Shown here piece by piece: positions 12,393-25,073 of a DNA stretch of 64,000 nt. The stretch comes from Mytilus edulis (lineage: Eukaryota), in the NCBI RefSeq assembly GCF_963676685.1, contig NC_092347.1:90644001-90708000 (forward strand). The letters are read 5' to 3'. The notes under the pieces were generated by a model. The model had not been told where the DNA came from. It saw only the letters and a list, made by a program, of their open reading frames with translations, and ran no database searches. How positions within the stretch are numbered: the first letter of the stretch is position 1; each line of letters begins with the position of its first letter. Made by a program: the position numbers and the translations under genes.

Positions 12393-15300
12393 TATTATAT
12401 AATAGGACAGCAAGAAACAACCAATACAACGCATTTGCAATGTATTTAATAAATTTTGCCAAGCAATTCTACAGGAAAGCTCCAAGTGATTGTACAAGGA
12501 GGCTCCGAGTGATATTACAGTAAACTTGCAAGCGATTGTACAGTCAATAAAAAATATTCGACATGGAGAAAATGAATATATTTGGATTTCTACTGGGACA
12601 ATGGCTTTGAAACTTTCAGACAGGTAAGAATATATATCAGAAAAGGTACATGTGAAAATTCAGGTAGCAAACATTGATTTTTCGATGGTTATTTGACATT
12701 TTTGATCGCTGTTGTGTGACAATTTTGATCGTTTTACACGGAGCTCCACCATTCTAAGGAAAACGTTTTGATGCATATATCTTTCTTATTATTTTATTTG
12801 TTCATATTTACATAAAGAATGTTTTAGCTATCAAATTTTGAAGCAGAAACGTTATATAGTAACATAAGAGTTCGTCAAAGTTTCCATCAAGCAACTTGTT
12901 ATTTTGCAAATGTCGGAGCACCGCTTGGCAGTCTCCCGAATGACCAAATTATTAGAAAACCGTACAGTTCCGTTGCCACACTGTGGATAAGCCCTTTCCT
13001 ATATTATTGATAAAAGTCATTCTGCATTTACAATCATATCTTGGTGTACCCATTCAGCTTAACTTTCTTATAGGTGTATCTAAGACTTATAATTTAGTAA
13101 ATAGCATACATGAATTTTGCTGACACAACGTTACACAAATCATATTGAGAGCAAGAGTAACATTAAAGTTTTAACATATGATAAATCGTTCGATTAACTT
13201 TAATCTTCATCATAATATTGAGCGGTACAGAATTCGAATGTTGTCAAGTGTGTCTTCAGAGTTGATCAATATTCTTGGAAATCTATCAAATGTAATAAAC
13301 GTTTAAAAACTTAAACAACAACTGGAACTGATTAAAACAATATCATACACGACTACGGAATCATATAATTATATCAAAGCATAATTCAGATAATTTGTTA
13401 TTCGCACATTGTTGTTCAATCCTTTGTTTAAAAAAAAAAGTTTTGTGTTAATATCTATCTTCAGATATCTAGTATCATATATATGTGTAAATAACAAAGA
13501 GGACAAATAATGTGTTGATAAACTCTGATTATTCCAAATTCATGTATTTAGCTTAAATGTTTAATGTTATATTTGTAATACTCATCGGATTTTGTAAAAT
13601 ATGTTCACGTCTTTTCGATTATATTCATGTGCTATGGTAAAGAAAATTAATCACCGCCTTCATTAGTTAGATTTCATTTTGTTCAACGTAATCTGTACGA
13701 TGGTTTACGTTTGTAGTTAATATTCAAAACAAACCGGTGATTGATCTGTTTCTTTGTGCCATTGTATATCTTTTTTCCAGTAGACAGTGGTCATTCCCAT
13801 ATAAACCAACTTCTCTAATTTTATTATATTACCTTTATGGAAATGAAGTAGAAAGAGGAACTTTTCAAGATGAATGTTAAATTAGCATGATCCTTAAATT
13901 TTACATGTGATTGTGACTGGAGCAAAGCGTTTCAAAATCTGATATAATCAAGAGGCTTAATCTATTCTATTCCCACCATAGTTGTTACCGTTGGAAGACG
14001 TGTTTTCAATGGAGTGTTCATTTTTATAGAAACCAACTGTGCGTCTTATTATCACACTCTTCCACCTGATCATAAAGTAAAAGATATCATCAATAATCTA
14101 GTTCAAATAATCTTGCAATGTAAATTATCTTTACGACACATCTGGTTTTGATCCATTTTTGATTTCATGCGATTTTTTCAATTCATCATGAGTCTCTGAT
14201 TGATCTAGGAGATTCGGATAATCGCTTTAATTAACAATCTATATAAGAACTTGGTTGACGATAACGAAACAACTCCGTTTCTTGCTTTTCGTGTTGAGCA
14301 ATCTTTTCTAGTTACCAGGAAAATAGTCTGTACTGTTTTTATAATTCTATTGGAGAGAGTATTGTAAATTCATACGTAATGACGGGGTTTTTATTAATGT
14401 GAATAATGAGACTAGGTGAGTATCGCAATGATAAGAACTACTATGTCCGGTACATATATCTGTGTGGCGATCTTTTTTCAAAAATCGCAATAGTTTATCT
14501 CGCATTTTTGTCAAATCTTCAAAAATTATAATATAAAATTCGCTCAATAGTTTCTGAATTTACAGTAGTTTAAATGGTCATTCTAAGTTTTCTTGTTGCA
14601 ATCAATTGCCATTTCCCATCCCCTTTTCTTCGACTTCACCGAATGATTAAATAAAAGAACAAAGTGTTTTCGTGGAAATGAGCAACACAAACTTTGTTCG
14701 TACAATCAGAAAGCTAGTTCAGATATTGTTGTAAATTTTAAATAAACCATGTGTCTCACGTGTATATCAATCAACTTCAAACTGGTTAAGGGTATTACCT
14801 CACAATCAGTCTACAAAAGCCCTGACATTGTACAGTTAAGTCTTGATGGTACATACTTTTAAAATAACATTATCGGCAAAATTGTGATATGATATCCTGT
14901 CTTTTAAATAGCGGTCTTCATGACCAACCATTATGCCTGAACAAATCTTTGTACATGTTAAAACATTTAGTAAAGGTGTTTAGTTATTTGGGGTAACGTT
15001 GTTCCTGAATTTATAATGTTTCAGTGCACATCTATTTCGTTTATTAAAATCTTAATGACGATACATACCACGCAAAAGGAACAAGTTGGCGAATATTGTC
15101 ACTAAATGACCGAAGAAGATTGATGTCTAAAAATCATTTAGAATAATATTTGATTTAGTTACAGTATTTGTAATACATTTATAGATATTTTTGTTCTTAT
15201 TTTAATTTGATAGAAACTTTGTAGTTCTTTTCTATTATAAACTCTATGACGATAACACACATTATATTCAAAATTCAAACAAGGTCCTTACAGCAATTAA

Positions 15301-15559
15301 AGCATCTCCTTTTCGATTTCACGAAAACAAATGAAGGAAAAATATCATAAGCAATATTCGAACGTTAGTTTTCTCGTTTGAATTGTTTTGCATTTGGCAT
15401 TTCAGGCCTTTTAATGCGGTATGGGCTTTGCTTATTATTGTAAGCCGTACGGTGACCCATAGATGTTAATTTCTCTGTTATTTGGTCTCTTGTGGATAGT
15501 TGTATATCATACCGCATCTTCTTTTTCATATAGAAAACTTACCATTTAGTTGCACATAC

Positions 15560-15900
15560 CCCTCTAAAACTTGGGTTTGATCTCAGGTTCTTCGGAAGGG
15601 TGAACAGATACGGTTCTGCATGTAGCACCCGTCATGCTGCTCGTGTTAGTAAAACCTAGTTATAGGTATGATTTGATAGTCATATTCAGGAACAAGGGGA
15701 CGTGATTGTAGTTTGCAATATGGTCATATCCGTTGTCATCGGGGAAACGGATATTCCATACAATCAACTCGTGATGGCGTCCATAACATTTACGAATGGA
15801 TGATTTCAACTTTACACCTGATAACTCTTGATTTATTGCCTTCCTTTTTAGCAGCAATTAACTATCAAGGAAATCATGATAGAAAAATCAAGCCCTGGGA
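15560..15900 (-). pseudogene. Degenerate C-terminal fragment and 3' region of a Penelope-like retroelement RT (paralogous copies at ~27240-27590 and ~40885-41230, + strand)
   Basis: Translation LLKRKAINQ..VKLKSSIRKCYGRHHELI resembles the post-RT region of the PMG/YIDD-type RT at 49.3-49.9 kb. Present in all three B-A spacers. Confidence 0.55.
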
Positions 15901-16476
15901 TATCATTTCAACTGGGAGATATTCCATTGGATTCATTATTTTTCGTTGGATACCAAGTTTCGTGGATTTTTTTTCGTGGGTACAGGTAAACCAAGAAATT
16001 AAATATTGAACGAAAAAGATATTTTCCATACATATGTATGCAGACTTTGTCATAACCATGAAATTATTGAAAGGCAATTATATAATTATTTAGAATTTTT
16101 TAGGCAAAATTAATTGTATCTGTTGTATCCTTTATCTCAAGTTCAATCAATGGAATAGATGTATTCAGCATAGTCACCAAAGTCAATTTTAACATATCAT
16201 TTTGATATTCCTTATGTATTGATTAAATTTCAGACAAACTACTCGTAATTTTTTGAAAGATTTAAAAACATTTCAATTTTTTTTCTACAAATATAACTTC
16301 CTTGCCAACATAACTGCCTTTAGTTTGTTTATTAACAAAGACTTCCAAAAAGTAATGTTATTCTTATCCTTAATGTATACGCTGACTTTAACGTCCTTAT
16401 ACTTGTTTAAATACAAAATCAAGAGATGTTCCGGTGATTGTGACTTAAGTAGTATTTTAACAATGTTTTTTTTTTA

Positions 16477-17817
16477 TGGTGACTTGAATAACACCGGTAT
16501 CAGTCAGATTACAATTCTACCTTGACAGGTAAGTTTGTATTTAGCCTATAAAATACTTATTTAGCCTTGAGAATTGAAAGGTCAGTTTCCCATACATTCA
16601 TACAATAGAGGTTGATAAATTTGGCTTCATGCCATTTACCTTGTCCAAAATTAAGGTCACTTTATTGTTATTGTGATATTGTTAAAGTACTAAAGAACCC
16701 TATATTCTGACCAATACTTAAAACTTTGTGCATCTTGATTTAATTGTTAAAAATCTGTTAATGTTGAATTTTAGGGGTTATTTTAGGCCTTTTAATTGCA
16801 TATTTCTTTACATGGTAGTTTTTTTTTCAGAAAAAAACTATCTGCTTGACTGTTATAGAAATAGACTATGCTTGCAGTGTATTGTTTTTTGTTTACACCA
16901 ACTCTGACAGATTATTATTAAGTTGCAAAATATTTTAAATGAGAGCTGAAATTTTTTCTATCTTTAAATGTGCATTGAACAATGTTGAAGGTTAAAATAA
17001 TCATAATGTGAACAAGAATGAAGAAAACATCTTGGTCCCAAAAAAACCCATCATCAACCAGGATATAATATTTCAAATTTTAATTAATTATACTAATATC
17101 AGATGAAATCTCAAGCCACTATTTTGCATGTTTACAATGTAGGTCATGTCCCAACAGAAAATCAATGAATTTGACAGTACAATGTACTTTTAGCACAAAC
17201 ACATAAGGTCACTGTGAAATAGACATCTAGGGCAAGAAACAGTCAGTTATACCAAACCAGTTTGACTAGATGTCTAGTTTAAAACCAGTTTGACTAGATG
17301 TGTCCTATATTTTGACAATGTAAATGACATGAGGACCTGCATGGGTTTTTTAATATCTGTATTCTTTAAATTTTTAGGGCATTTTTCTTTTAATAGCCCT
17401 AAAAATAACTCTCATTCTGTAAAGCAAATTCTCATGAAGATTTTACTATATAGTCTTTCTGTTACAAGATTATTTATCAATTATGCACATTGATCATTAT
17501 ATTATCGGTATTGCATTACAGTTACCTAAGTTTCCTTTTTATTTTGCACATTTATTCTTTATACTTTTGCACCGCATTATTCTCTATTCTTTATTTTGTT
17601 GTTCATTTTCTCTATTCTCTATTTTTTGTTGCTATTACATTTATTTTCTATTCTGTAAACCCCATTCTGACCCTTATAGGTAAACTTCTATTGTATGAAT
17701 GGGATAAACTGACCTTTCAATTCTCAAGGCTAAATAAGTATTTTATAGGCTAAATACAAACTTACCTGTCAAGGTAGAATTGTAATCTGAGTGATACTGG
17801 TGTTATTCAAGTCACCA
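16477..17817. mobile_element. 1.34-kb non-autonomous TIR element with ~135-bp TIRs and TA TSD
   Basis: TA|TGGTGACTTGAATAACACC ... GGTGTTATTCAAGTCACCA|TA. The empty site is at ~40285-40305 in the paralogous spacer. Confidence 0.85.
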
Positions 17818-18761
17818 TAAATCGTATAAGATATATAATCCGTTCAACCTATTTTGACTCATGAAAATTCAAGAGTCTGTCTTAAATTGCAGTAAATTAA
17901 ATGGCCTACCAAATACTTTTCGATCCCTAACATCACCGAAGAGACATTAATTGTCGAAATCCGGATATGGTGTAAAACATTTCGCACCTCATGTTATGGT
18001 TACATCTTTGCCGCAAGTTTATTGTTTTCTACTTGGTATTAAGTTAATATAGAGATCCATTTTGTTACACCTTGTGATCAATTTGTTTGGCAATCGATAA
18101 TGGTAGTCAGCAGGCTTAAGAACATCATTTGTTCGACCTGCTAGTCAAATACGTTTTGTTAAAATATATTTTGTCACTCTTTTGGTCTTTTGGAAAATGT
18201 TGTTTGTGCTGTGTTTAGAACCTTTAACAACGAAATTTGTTACATGCACACGTATAAAAAATGCGGTTTTTATCCAAGGCAATTATAGGTTTGAACGCTG
18301 TTTTCAATTTAGACTTGTTTTATATATATATATATAGATATAACGGAATAGATATAACGGAAAATGAAGGATACTGCTAAATTCTTTTCTTTCTTGAGAC
18401 GAAGTTCCTATATTAAGAGGTCTATTAAGTCAGCTTCCTATGAATAAAGTAAAACCTTGTTAAGAAGTATAACCTCACCCCCATAGTTTAAGTAAGGTTT
18501 ATTCTGTTGGAGGTTTTAATATCTGGAATATTTTGTTGACTTAAGTTTCTCATTTCACCTTTTTTGGTCGCAGTATTTCTTCCACGAATCGTTATCAATC
18601 AGTGTGTTTATAGATCTTTATATCTCCATATTTTCTTTAAATGTGATAATAAAAAATAAAGAAGAAAGAGATAGTTTATATTCATTCTAATATTCATAAA
18701 CCAGTATAAAAAAACAAATGGGTATAACATCGACGTCAATTCTTCATGGACTTCTTGGATC

Positions 18762-19890
18762 CTAATATGTTCCTTTTTTACCTAAAATGACGAAAACAAT
18801 ATTAATATAATAAGGTGATTGCATTGCATTATTGAAGGAAGACTAGTGAATTCAGTTCATATTCTCCAAAGATTAAGTTAAATGTACATTCCCTTCAATT
18901 GATCAGTTTTATGCCTTCTACGGCTGTTCATACCTTTTCTTATTCTTTAGTATTACATGTTGTTGATTCAGAGAATCGGTATCAAATTAATCTAGATCAC
19001 TTTCAAATAAAACGAGACAAAAAGCATTATGAATGCCATTTTCTATGAATCTCCCTCTCAAGCAAAAATTTGGCAATTGTAGTTGTATTATTATAATAAA
19101 ATTTTCCATTTAAAAATCAACTTTTCTTCTTTTTGGTGATGTAGGACTACTAACCTCCAAATTTACCGAAACTGCTCAATCCACTTAGACCTCGTCTTCC
19201 ATTTATTAGTCTACCATTGACACTAATACCATTACCATTCAAACCACCAATACCATGTGATCCAAAAACATTCAAACTACCATATGATCCAAAACCATTC
19301 AAACCACCATATGATCCTAAACCATTCAGACCACCTATACCATATGATCCAAAACCATTCGAACCACCAATACCATATGATCCAAAACCATTCAAACCAC
19401 CAATACCATATGATCCATAATTGTTAATACCGTATGCCCCATTGATACCATATGCCCCAAAACCATTTAGATTGTTGTACCCTCCAAGTCCTCGACCGAA
19501 TCCATTACCATTAAAAAGTCCGATTCCGTTACCATGAACACCGTAATTTCCATAACCACCTAATCCATTCAACCCTCTGCCATGTAAATACCCGTATCCA
19601 GGATATCCACTTTGTACACTATATCCATTGTATCCAGCATACCCGCCAATGTTTAATGGTGAACTGTAGCCATATGCGTTTTTGGAATATCCCCCGTATC
19701 CGTATCCTGATCTACCATAATACGGATATCCAAAGCCACCATTTCCTTGATATCCCAAACTACCAATATAACCTGGTCCGAAAGGATTTCCATATTTTTT
19801 CAGGTTATATTTGGGACTATACCCTTTCTCTCCAGCCTCCGATACCACTAGTCCGACAAGGGCTAAACAAATCAATACTATTGGTGTCAT
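18762..19890 (-). CDS. Secreted Gly/Tyr/Asn-rich structural protein, type B, copy B2 (251 aa; coding exons 19890-19155 and 18781-18762; C-terminus KFGGKKGTY)
   Basis: tttcAG|aaccaacaaacATG; signal peptide MTPIVLICLALVGLVVS; donor GGAG|GTTAGT; acceptor ttttAG|GTAAAAAAGGAACATATTAG; 756 nt in frame. Confidence 0.9.
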
Positions 19891-20097
19891 GTTTGTTGGT
19901 TCTGAAACGATTTTCAATAATTCGTTAAAATAAAATAATAATCATAATACCTTCAAAACATAAGCAAATACATATAACCGAAAATGAAAGAAACAAGTTG
20001 CAAATAAAATATTGAGATATATATACGAAATATGACGATAAACGTGATCATTTTTGAGAGAAAGACAATTATCTTTTAAAGCAAATCAACTGCCTAC

Positions 20098-20407
20098 CTT
20101 TGTAATGTTCAATGCTGGCGTGTTCCTTGTGATACATATTGTTTGCTACGTCCTTATATAATATACTCACTGACCACACATTTTGTTATAATCAGTTATA
20201 AAATAGACATTTAACAATGATAAACATGGTAAAGTGGGTTTATTAAAAATAAAAGAGAGGTTATTAAACCACAATGATAGAAAATATTGTCATCAATTAT
20301 TTGTTGCTATTGTTTTACCCTTTGTTATCGTGGTTTGGGGGTTTTCACTTGTTAGTAATATTTGATATTCATTATGCAAGTGTAATTCAGTAATAGGATA
20401 ATTTCCC
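20098..20407 (-). promoter_or_regulatory. Promoter and non-coding exon 1 of B2
   Basis: TATATAAG at 20160-20153; donor CAAAG|GTAGGC at 20098/20097; conserved upstream module. Confidence 0.75.
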
Positions 20408-21720
20408 ATTTTATTAACGTATTCGTACACTTTCATTGATATCTAAGTTGTGTATTTCTAATTATTTGTGTCGTTTAATGTGCATTTTAATTTTTTGCAT
20501 TTAATACTGTATTTGTAATGATGTATTCAAACTCAGACTCTTTTAACGAACGTTAACTGAGTAAGAGGTTTAGCTAGCTATAAAATCAGGTTTAATCTAC
20601 CATTTTCTTCATCAGAAAATGTATGTACCAAGTCAGGAATGTGCCAGTTATTATCCATTCGTTTGATGTGTTTGAGCTTTTGATTTTGCAATTTTCTTAG
20701 GGACTTTCCGTTTTGAATTTCCCTTGGAGTTCGGTAATAAGTTTTGCTATTTTACTTCTTGCATTCATTCTCCTTTGTTTTTTAAGAAGTTGAATGTTGA
20801 TTTTATTCTTCTAGAAAATGTATGGACAATAAATAAGCTTAAAGATGCAAATCCTTCAGGCAAGTTGCATTCGTGAATATATGGATCTACATCTACCGAA
20901 TTACATCATGTAGCTGTACAAACATTTTTTCGTAAGGTTTCATTTCTTTTTTATCCCTTTTATTCTGTCTTTCATTTCATTTTCTTTTCTTTTCTTTTTA
21001 CCTCGCAGAAACTTACAAAATTATGGCAAAATATAACAACAATGGTCTAAAAAACAATGTGTAGAAAAACTAAAGACCGAAAGACATAAAACCATGCAAA
21101 ATCTGGGATAATACCATATACTCTCCAAGGTCCTGCACATCCTGCTTCACACATATCACCAGCTTTGTCGCTCATGGTAATGGCAAACTCTTACAAAACT
21201 TTAGCCAGATTGATAACTGTGAAGTACGTTTATACAAGAGGGGCGAAAGATACTACAGGAACAGTCAAACTCATAAATCGAAAATAAACTGACATGCCAT
21301 GGCTAAAAATGAAAAAGACAAAACAGACAAATAATAGTACACAAGAAACAACATAAACAAAATAAAGACTGAGCAACGAGAACCGCACCAAAAACTGGGG
21401 GTTTGTTTGTTTGTGTCGTCTCATAAGCGCATTGTGTCTCTTTCGGTTGCTCATCCAATTTTTAACGGAACTATAACAACTGTTATATAATTCGAAGGAT
21501 AGCACACGGTTTACCAAACCATTTTCTTCGGGACATGCCTTACCAAGTCATGCATATGACATTAATTTGTTGGTTGATAACGTTAAATTTGTCAGTTTTC
21601 ATGAATTTCTGTCCTTTTTCAATTTATCTTGAGGCTCGGTGTGTTTGTTATATTTTTTTTATTAAATTATATACTAGTACTCAATATGTTAGCATGTTGC
21701 TACATACAAATGGATATAGC

Positions 21721-22879
21721 GAGATTCACATGCATTTAAATTCACGTGAAATTGATGTGAGTGAAATTTGCCTGTGTATGTTTAATTTCAAGTTTTAATC
21801 CGGATACCATACACTCGCTTAAAAAGAAAAAGAAAACACAAAACAATTATCCCCAAAACTTAGACAAGAACCATCAAAACCCATATCCGCTCCCTTTATT
21901 TAAGTTATTCTTAACCTATCATCAATATTATGATGCACTATCATGACTTCAGAAATTGTTACACGGAAAACATATTGAACCTTTTTTTTTGCGAGCTATA
22001 GATAATTTAAGTTAGCAATGACAAAATTCTGTAAACGCTATGACCTATATACTGTAATCACAAACCACAATTTGTGATATTTGTTAAAAAGACACACAGC
22101 AATGAACGACCATTGCAATAGACGATTTGTGTTTTTAAGGTTAACCACAGCGAAGAAAATATTGTAATAAATTATATATTTGTACTTAAACAACAAAAAA
22201 GTGTTATCCACTATAATATTAGCGGTTTATGAAACATTCTCAATTTCTGATGATATTTGGTAAAAAAAAAGACACAAAGCAACGAAGAACAATTGGAATA
22301 GACTATTTGTGTTTTCAAGGTTAACCACAGTGAAGGAAATATTGTATTTAATGATATATTTTCACATAAACAACAAAAAAGTGTTCTCCACTACTATATT
22401 TGCGGTTTATGAAACATTCTCAATTTCTACTGTTTTTCAACTATATGACATTTCTACAGTATTGGTTAAAAGTGTCAAATTATTTTATGTTATTTAAAAG
22501 TGAATAAACATATATTGTATTTTATACAGTTTTAGTTCAGAGATGGCTTGTGAAAATAAAATACATAATTTTGATAAAAATATACCCAGCATAAAGAACA
22601 TGAATGTTTTTAAAACAGTTTAGTAAATAACAAAGAAAAGGATAGCTGGGAGTACGTTTGACAGCTGATGACGAAATTTTTGTTGTCTTTTGTATTAGTC
22701 CAATTTTTTTGGGGTATTATATTTGGCTTCAAATTCAAATTCCAAAATAGTATCAATTGAAATGAGTTTCTCTGCCGTCGGTCAGTTTCGTAAACAATGT
22801 TATTATTCCAAACAGTAGCTTACTTACCTACGTGCAAGATGAACAAAATGAAATTAAACATAATATATTTCAGCTTTTT
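21721..22879. other. Central spacer of a large inverted duplication (arms ~1090-21720 and 22880-~33270); begins with a truncated MITE end
   Basis: Sequence ending at 21720 is the reverse complement of sequence starting at 22880. The spacer is a direct paralogue of ~35007-36375. Confidence 0.85.
22074..22428. repeat. Two tandem ~175-bp units (paralogue at ~35359-35712), each containing an inverted copy of the gene-promoter module
   Basis: GATATTTG..AAAAAGACAC..AATAGAC..AAGGTTAACCACAG..AAATATTGTA..ATGAAACATTCTCAATTTCT occurs twice. Confidence 0.8.
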
Positions 22880-23307
22880 GCTATATCTATTTGTATGTAT
22901 CAACATTTTAACATATTGAGTACTAGTATATAATTTAATAAAAAAATATAACAAACACACCGAGACTGAAGATAAATTGAAAAAAAAGCAAAAATTCATA
23001 AAAACTGACAAATTTAACGTTATCAACCAACAAATTAATGTCATATTCATGACTTGGTAAGGCATGTCCCGAGGAAAATGGTTTGTTAAACCGTGTGCCA
23101 CCCTCCGAATTATATAACAGTTGTTATAGTTCCGTTAACAATTGGATGAGCAACCGAAAGAGACGCAATGCGCTTATGAGACTACACAAACAAACATACC
23201 CCCAGTTTTTGATGGGGTTCTTGTTGCTCAGTCTTTAGTTTTTTTATGTTGTTTTTTGTGTACTATTAACTTGTGTCTGTTTTGTATTTTTCATTTAAAG
23301 CCATGGC

Positions 23308-23669
23308 ATAGTTATTAAAGGTACCAGGATTATAATTTAGTACGCCAGACGCGCGTTTCGTCTACATAAGACTCACCAGTGACGCTCATATCAAAATATT
23401 TATAAAGCCAAACAAGTACAAAGTTGAAGAGCATGGATGATCCAAAATTTAAAAAAAGGTTGTGCCAAATACGGCTTAGGTAATCTATGCCTGAGATAAG
23501 AAAATCCTTAGTTTTTCGGTAAATTCAAAGTTTTGTAAAAAAAAACCCCAGGAAATTTATAAAAATGATCACATTATTGATATTCATGTCAACACCGAAG
23601 TGTTGACTACTGGGATGGTGATACCCTCGGGGACGAAACGTCCACCAGCAGTGGCACCGACCCAGTGGT
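23308..23669 (-). mobile_element. ~360-bp retrozyme-like/Penelope-associated element with a hammerhead motif (23385-23342) and a structured RNA domain
   Basis: Minus strand reads GCGTCA-CTGGTGA-GTC(TTATGTA)GAC-GAA-ACGCGCGT-C-TGGCGT, plus a c(UUCG)g-capped 8-bp hairpin at 23588-23607. The insertion is absent at paralogous sites (~21295, ~36800). Confidence 0.75.
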
Positions 23670-24545
23670 GCATGTCAGTTTATTTATTTTCGATTTATGA
23701 GTTTGACTGTTCATCTAGTATCATTCCCCCTCTTTATAAACGTACTTCACAGGTATACATTTGGCTAAAGTTTTGTAAGAGTTTGCCATTACCATGAGCG
23801 ACAAAGCTGGTGATATGTATGAAGCAAGATGTGCGGGACCTTCAAAAGTACATGGTATCATCCCAGAGTTAGCATGGTTTCATGTCTTTCGGTCTTTAGT
23901 TTTTCTACATATTGTATTGAAGACTATTATTGACCATTGTTGTTATATTTTGGCATAATTTTTTTAAGTTTCTGCGAGGTGAAAAGAAAAGAAAATGTAA
24001 GACAGAATAATAGGAATAAAAAAGAAATGAAACCTTACGAGAAAATGTTTGTACAGCTACATGATGCAATTCAGTAGATGTAGATCCATATATTCACGAA
24101 TGCAATTTGCCTGAAAGATTTGCATCTTTAAGCTTATTCATTGTCCATACATTTTCTAGAAGAATAAAATCAACATTCAACTTCTTAAAAAACAAATGAG
24201 AATGAATGCAAGAAGTAAAATAACAAAACTTATTACCAAACTCCAGGGAAATTCAAAACGGAAAGTCCTTCAGCAATTGCAAAATCAAAAGCTCAAACAC
24301 ATCAAACGAATGGATAATAACTGGCACATTCCTGACTTGGTACATGCATTTTCTGGTGAAGAAAATGGTAGATGAAACCTGAGTTTATAGCTAGCTAAAC
24401 CTCTAACTCAGTTAACGTTCGTTAAAAGAGTCAGAGTTTGAATAGATCATTACAAATACAGTATTAAATGCACATTAAACGACACAAATAATTAGAAATA
24501 CACAACTTGGATATCAATGAAAGTGTGCGAATACTTTAATAAAAT

Positions 24546-24860
24546 GGGAAATTGTCCTATTACTGAATTACACTTGCATTATGAATATCAAATATTACTA
24601 ACAGATGAAAATCCCCAAACCACGATAACAAAGGGTAAAACAATAGCAACAAATAATTGATGACAATATTTTCTATCATTGTGGTTTAATAATCTCTCTC
24701 TTTTTAAAAAAAAAAAAAACCCACTTAACAAGATTTATCTTTGTTAAATGTCTATTTTATAATTGATTATAACAAAATGTGTGGTCAGTGAGTATATTAT
24801 ATAAGGACGTAGCAAACAATATGTATCACAAGGAACACGCCAGCATTGAACATCACAGAG
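24546..24860 (+). promoter_or_regulatory. Promoter and non-coding exon 1 of B3
   Basis: TATATAAG at 24798-24805; donor CAGAG|GTAGGC at 24860/24861; conserved upstream module. Confidence 0.75.
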
Positions 24861-25073
24861 GTAGGCAGTTGATTTTCTTTAAAAGATATTTGTCTTTCTC
24901 TCAAAAATGATCATGTTTATTGTCATATTTCTTATATATACTAGTATCTCAATATTTTATTAGCAACATTTTTCTTTCATTTTCGGTTATATGTATTTGC
25001 TTATGTTTTGAAGGTATTATGATTATTATTTTATTTTAACGAATTATTGAAAATCGTTTCAGAACCAACAAAC

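Larger units (their letters stand above)
9187..12985. mobile_element. Non-autonomous Transib/RAG-like DNA transposon, 3.8 kb, ~470-510-bp TIRs starting CACAGTG, 5-bp TSD GATAA
   Basis: GATAA|CACAGTGTGGGAACGGAACTGTACGG ... CCGTACAGTTCCGTTGCCACACTGTG|GATAA. Arms 9187-~9656 and ~12472-12985 are nearly identical. The paralogous empty site (~30180-30192) has a single GA(A/T)AA. Confidence 0.85.

Noticed and set aside
15713-16009. ORF MQYGHIRCHRGNG... present three times (also 27134, 40779)
   Set aside because: It is the antisense of a decayed retroelement plus a MITE fragment inside the duplicated spacer.
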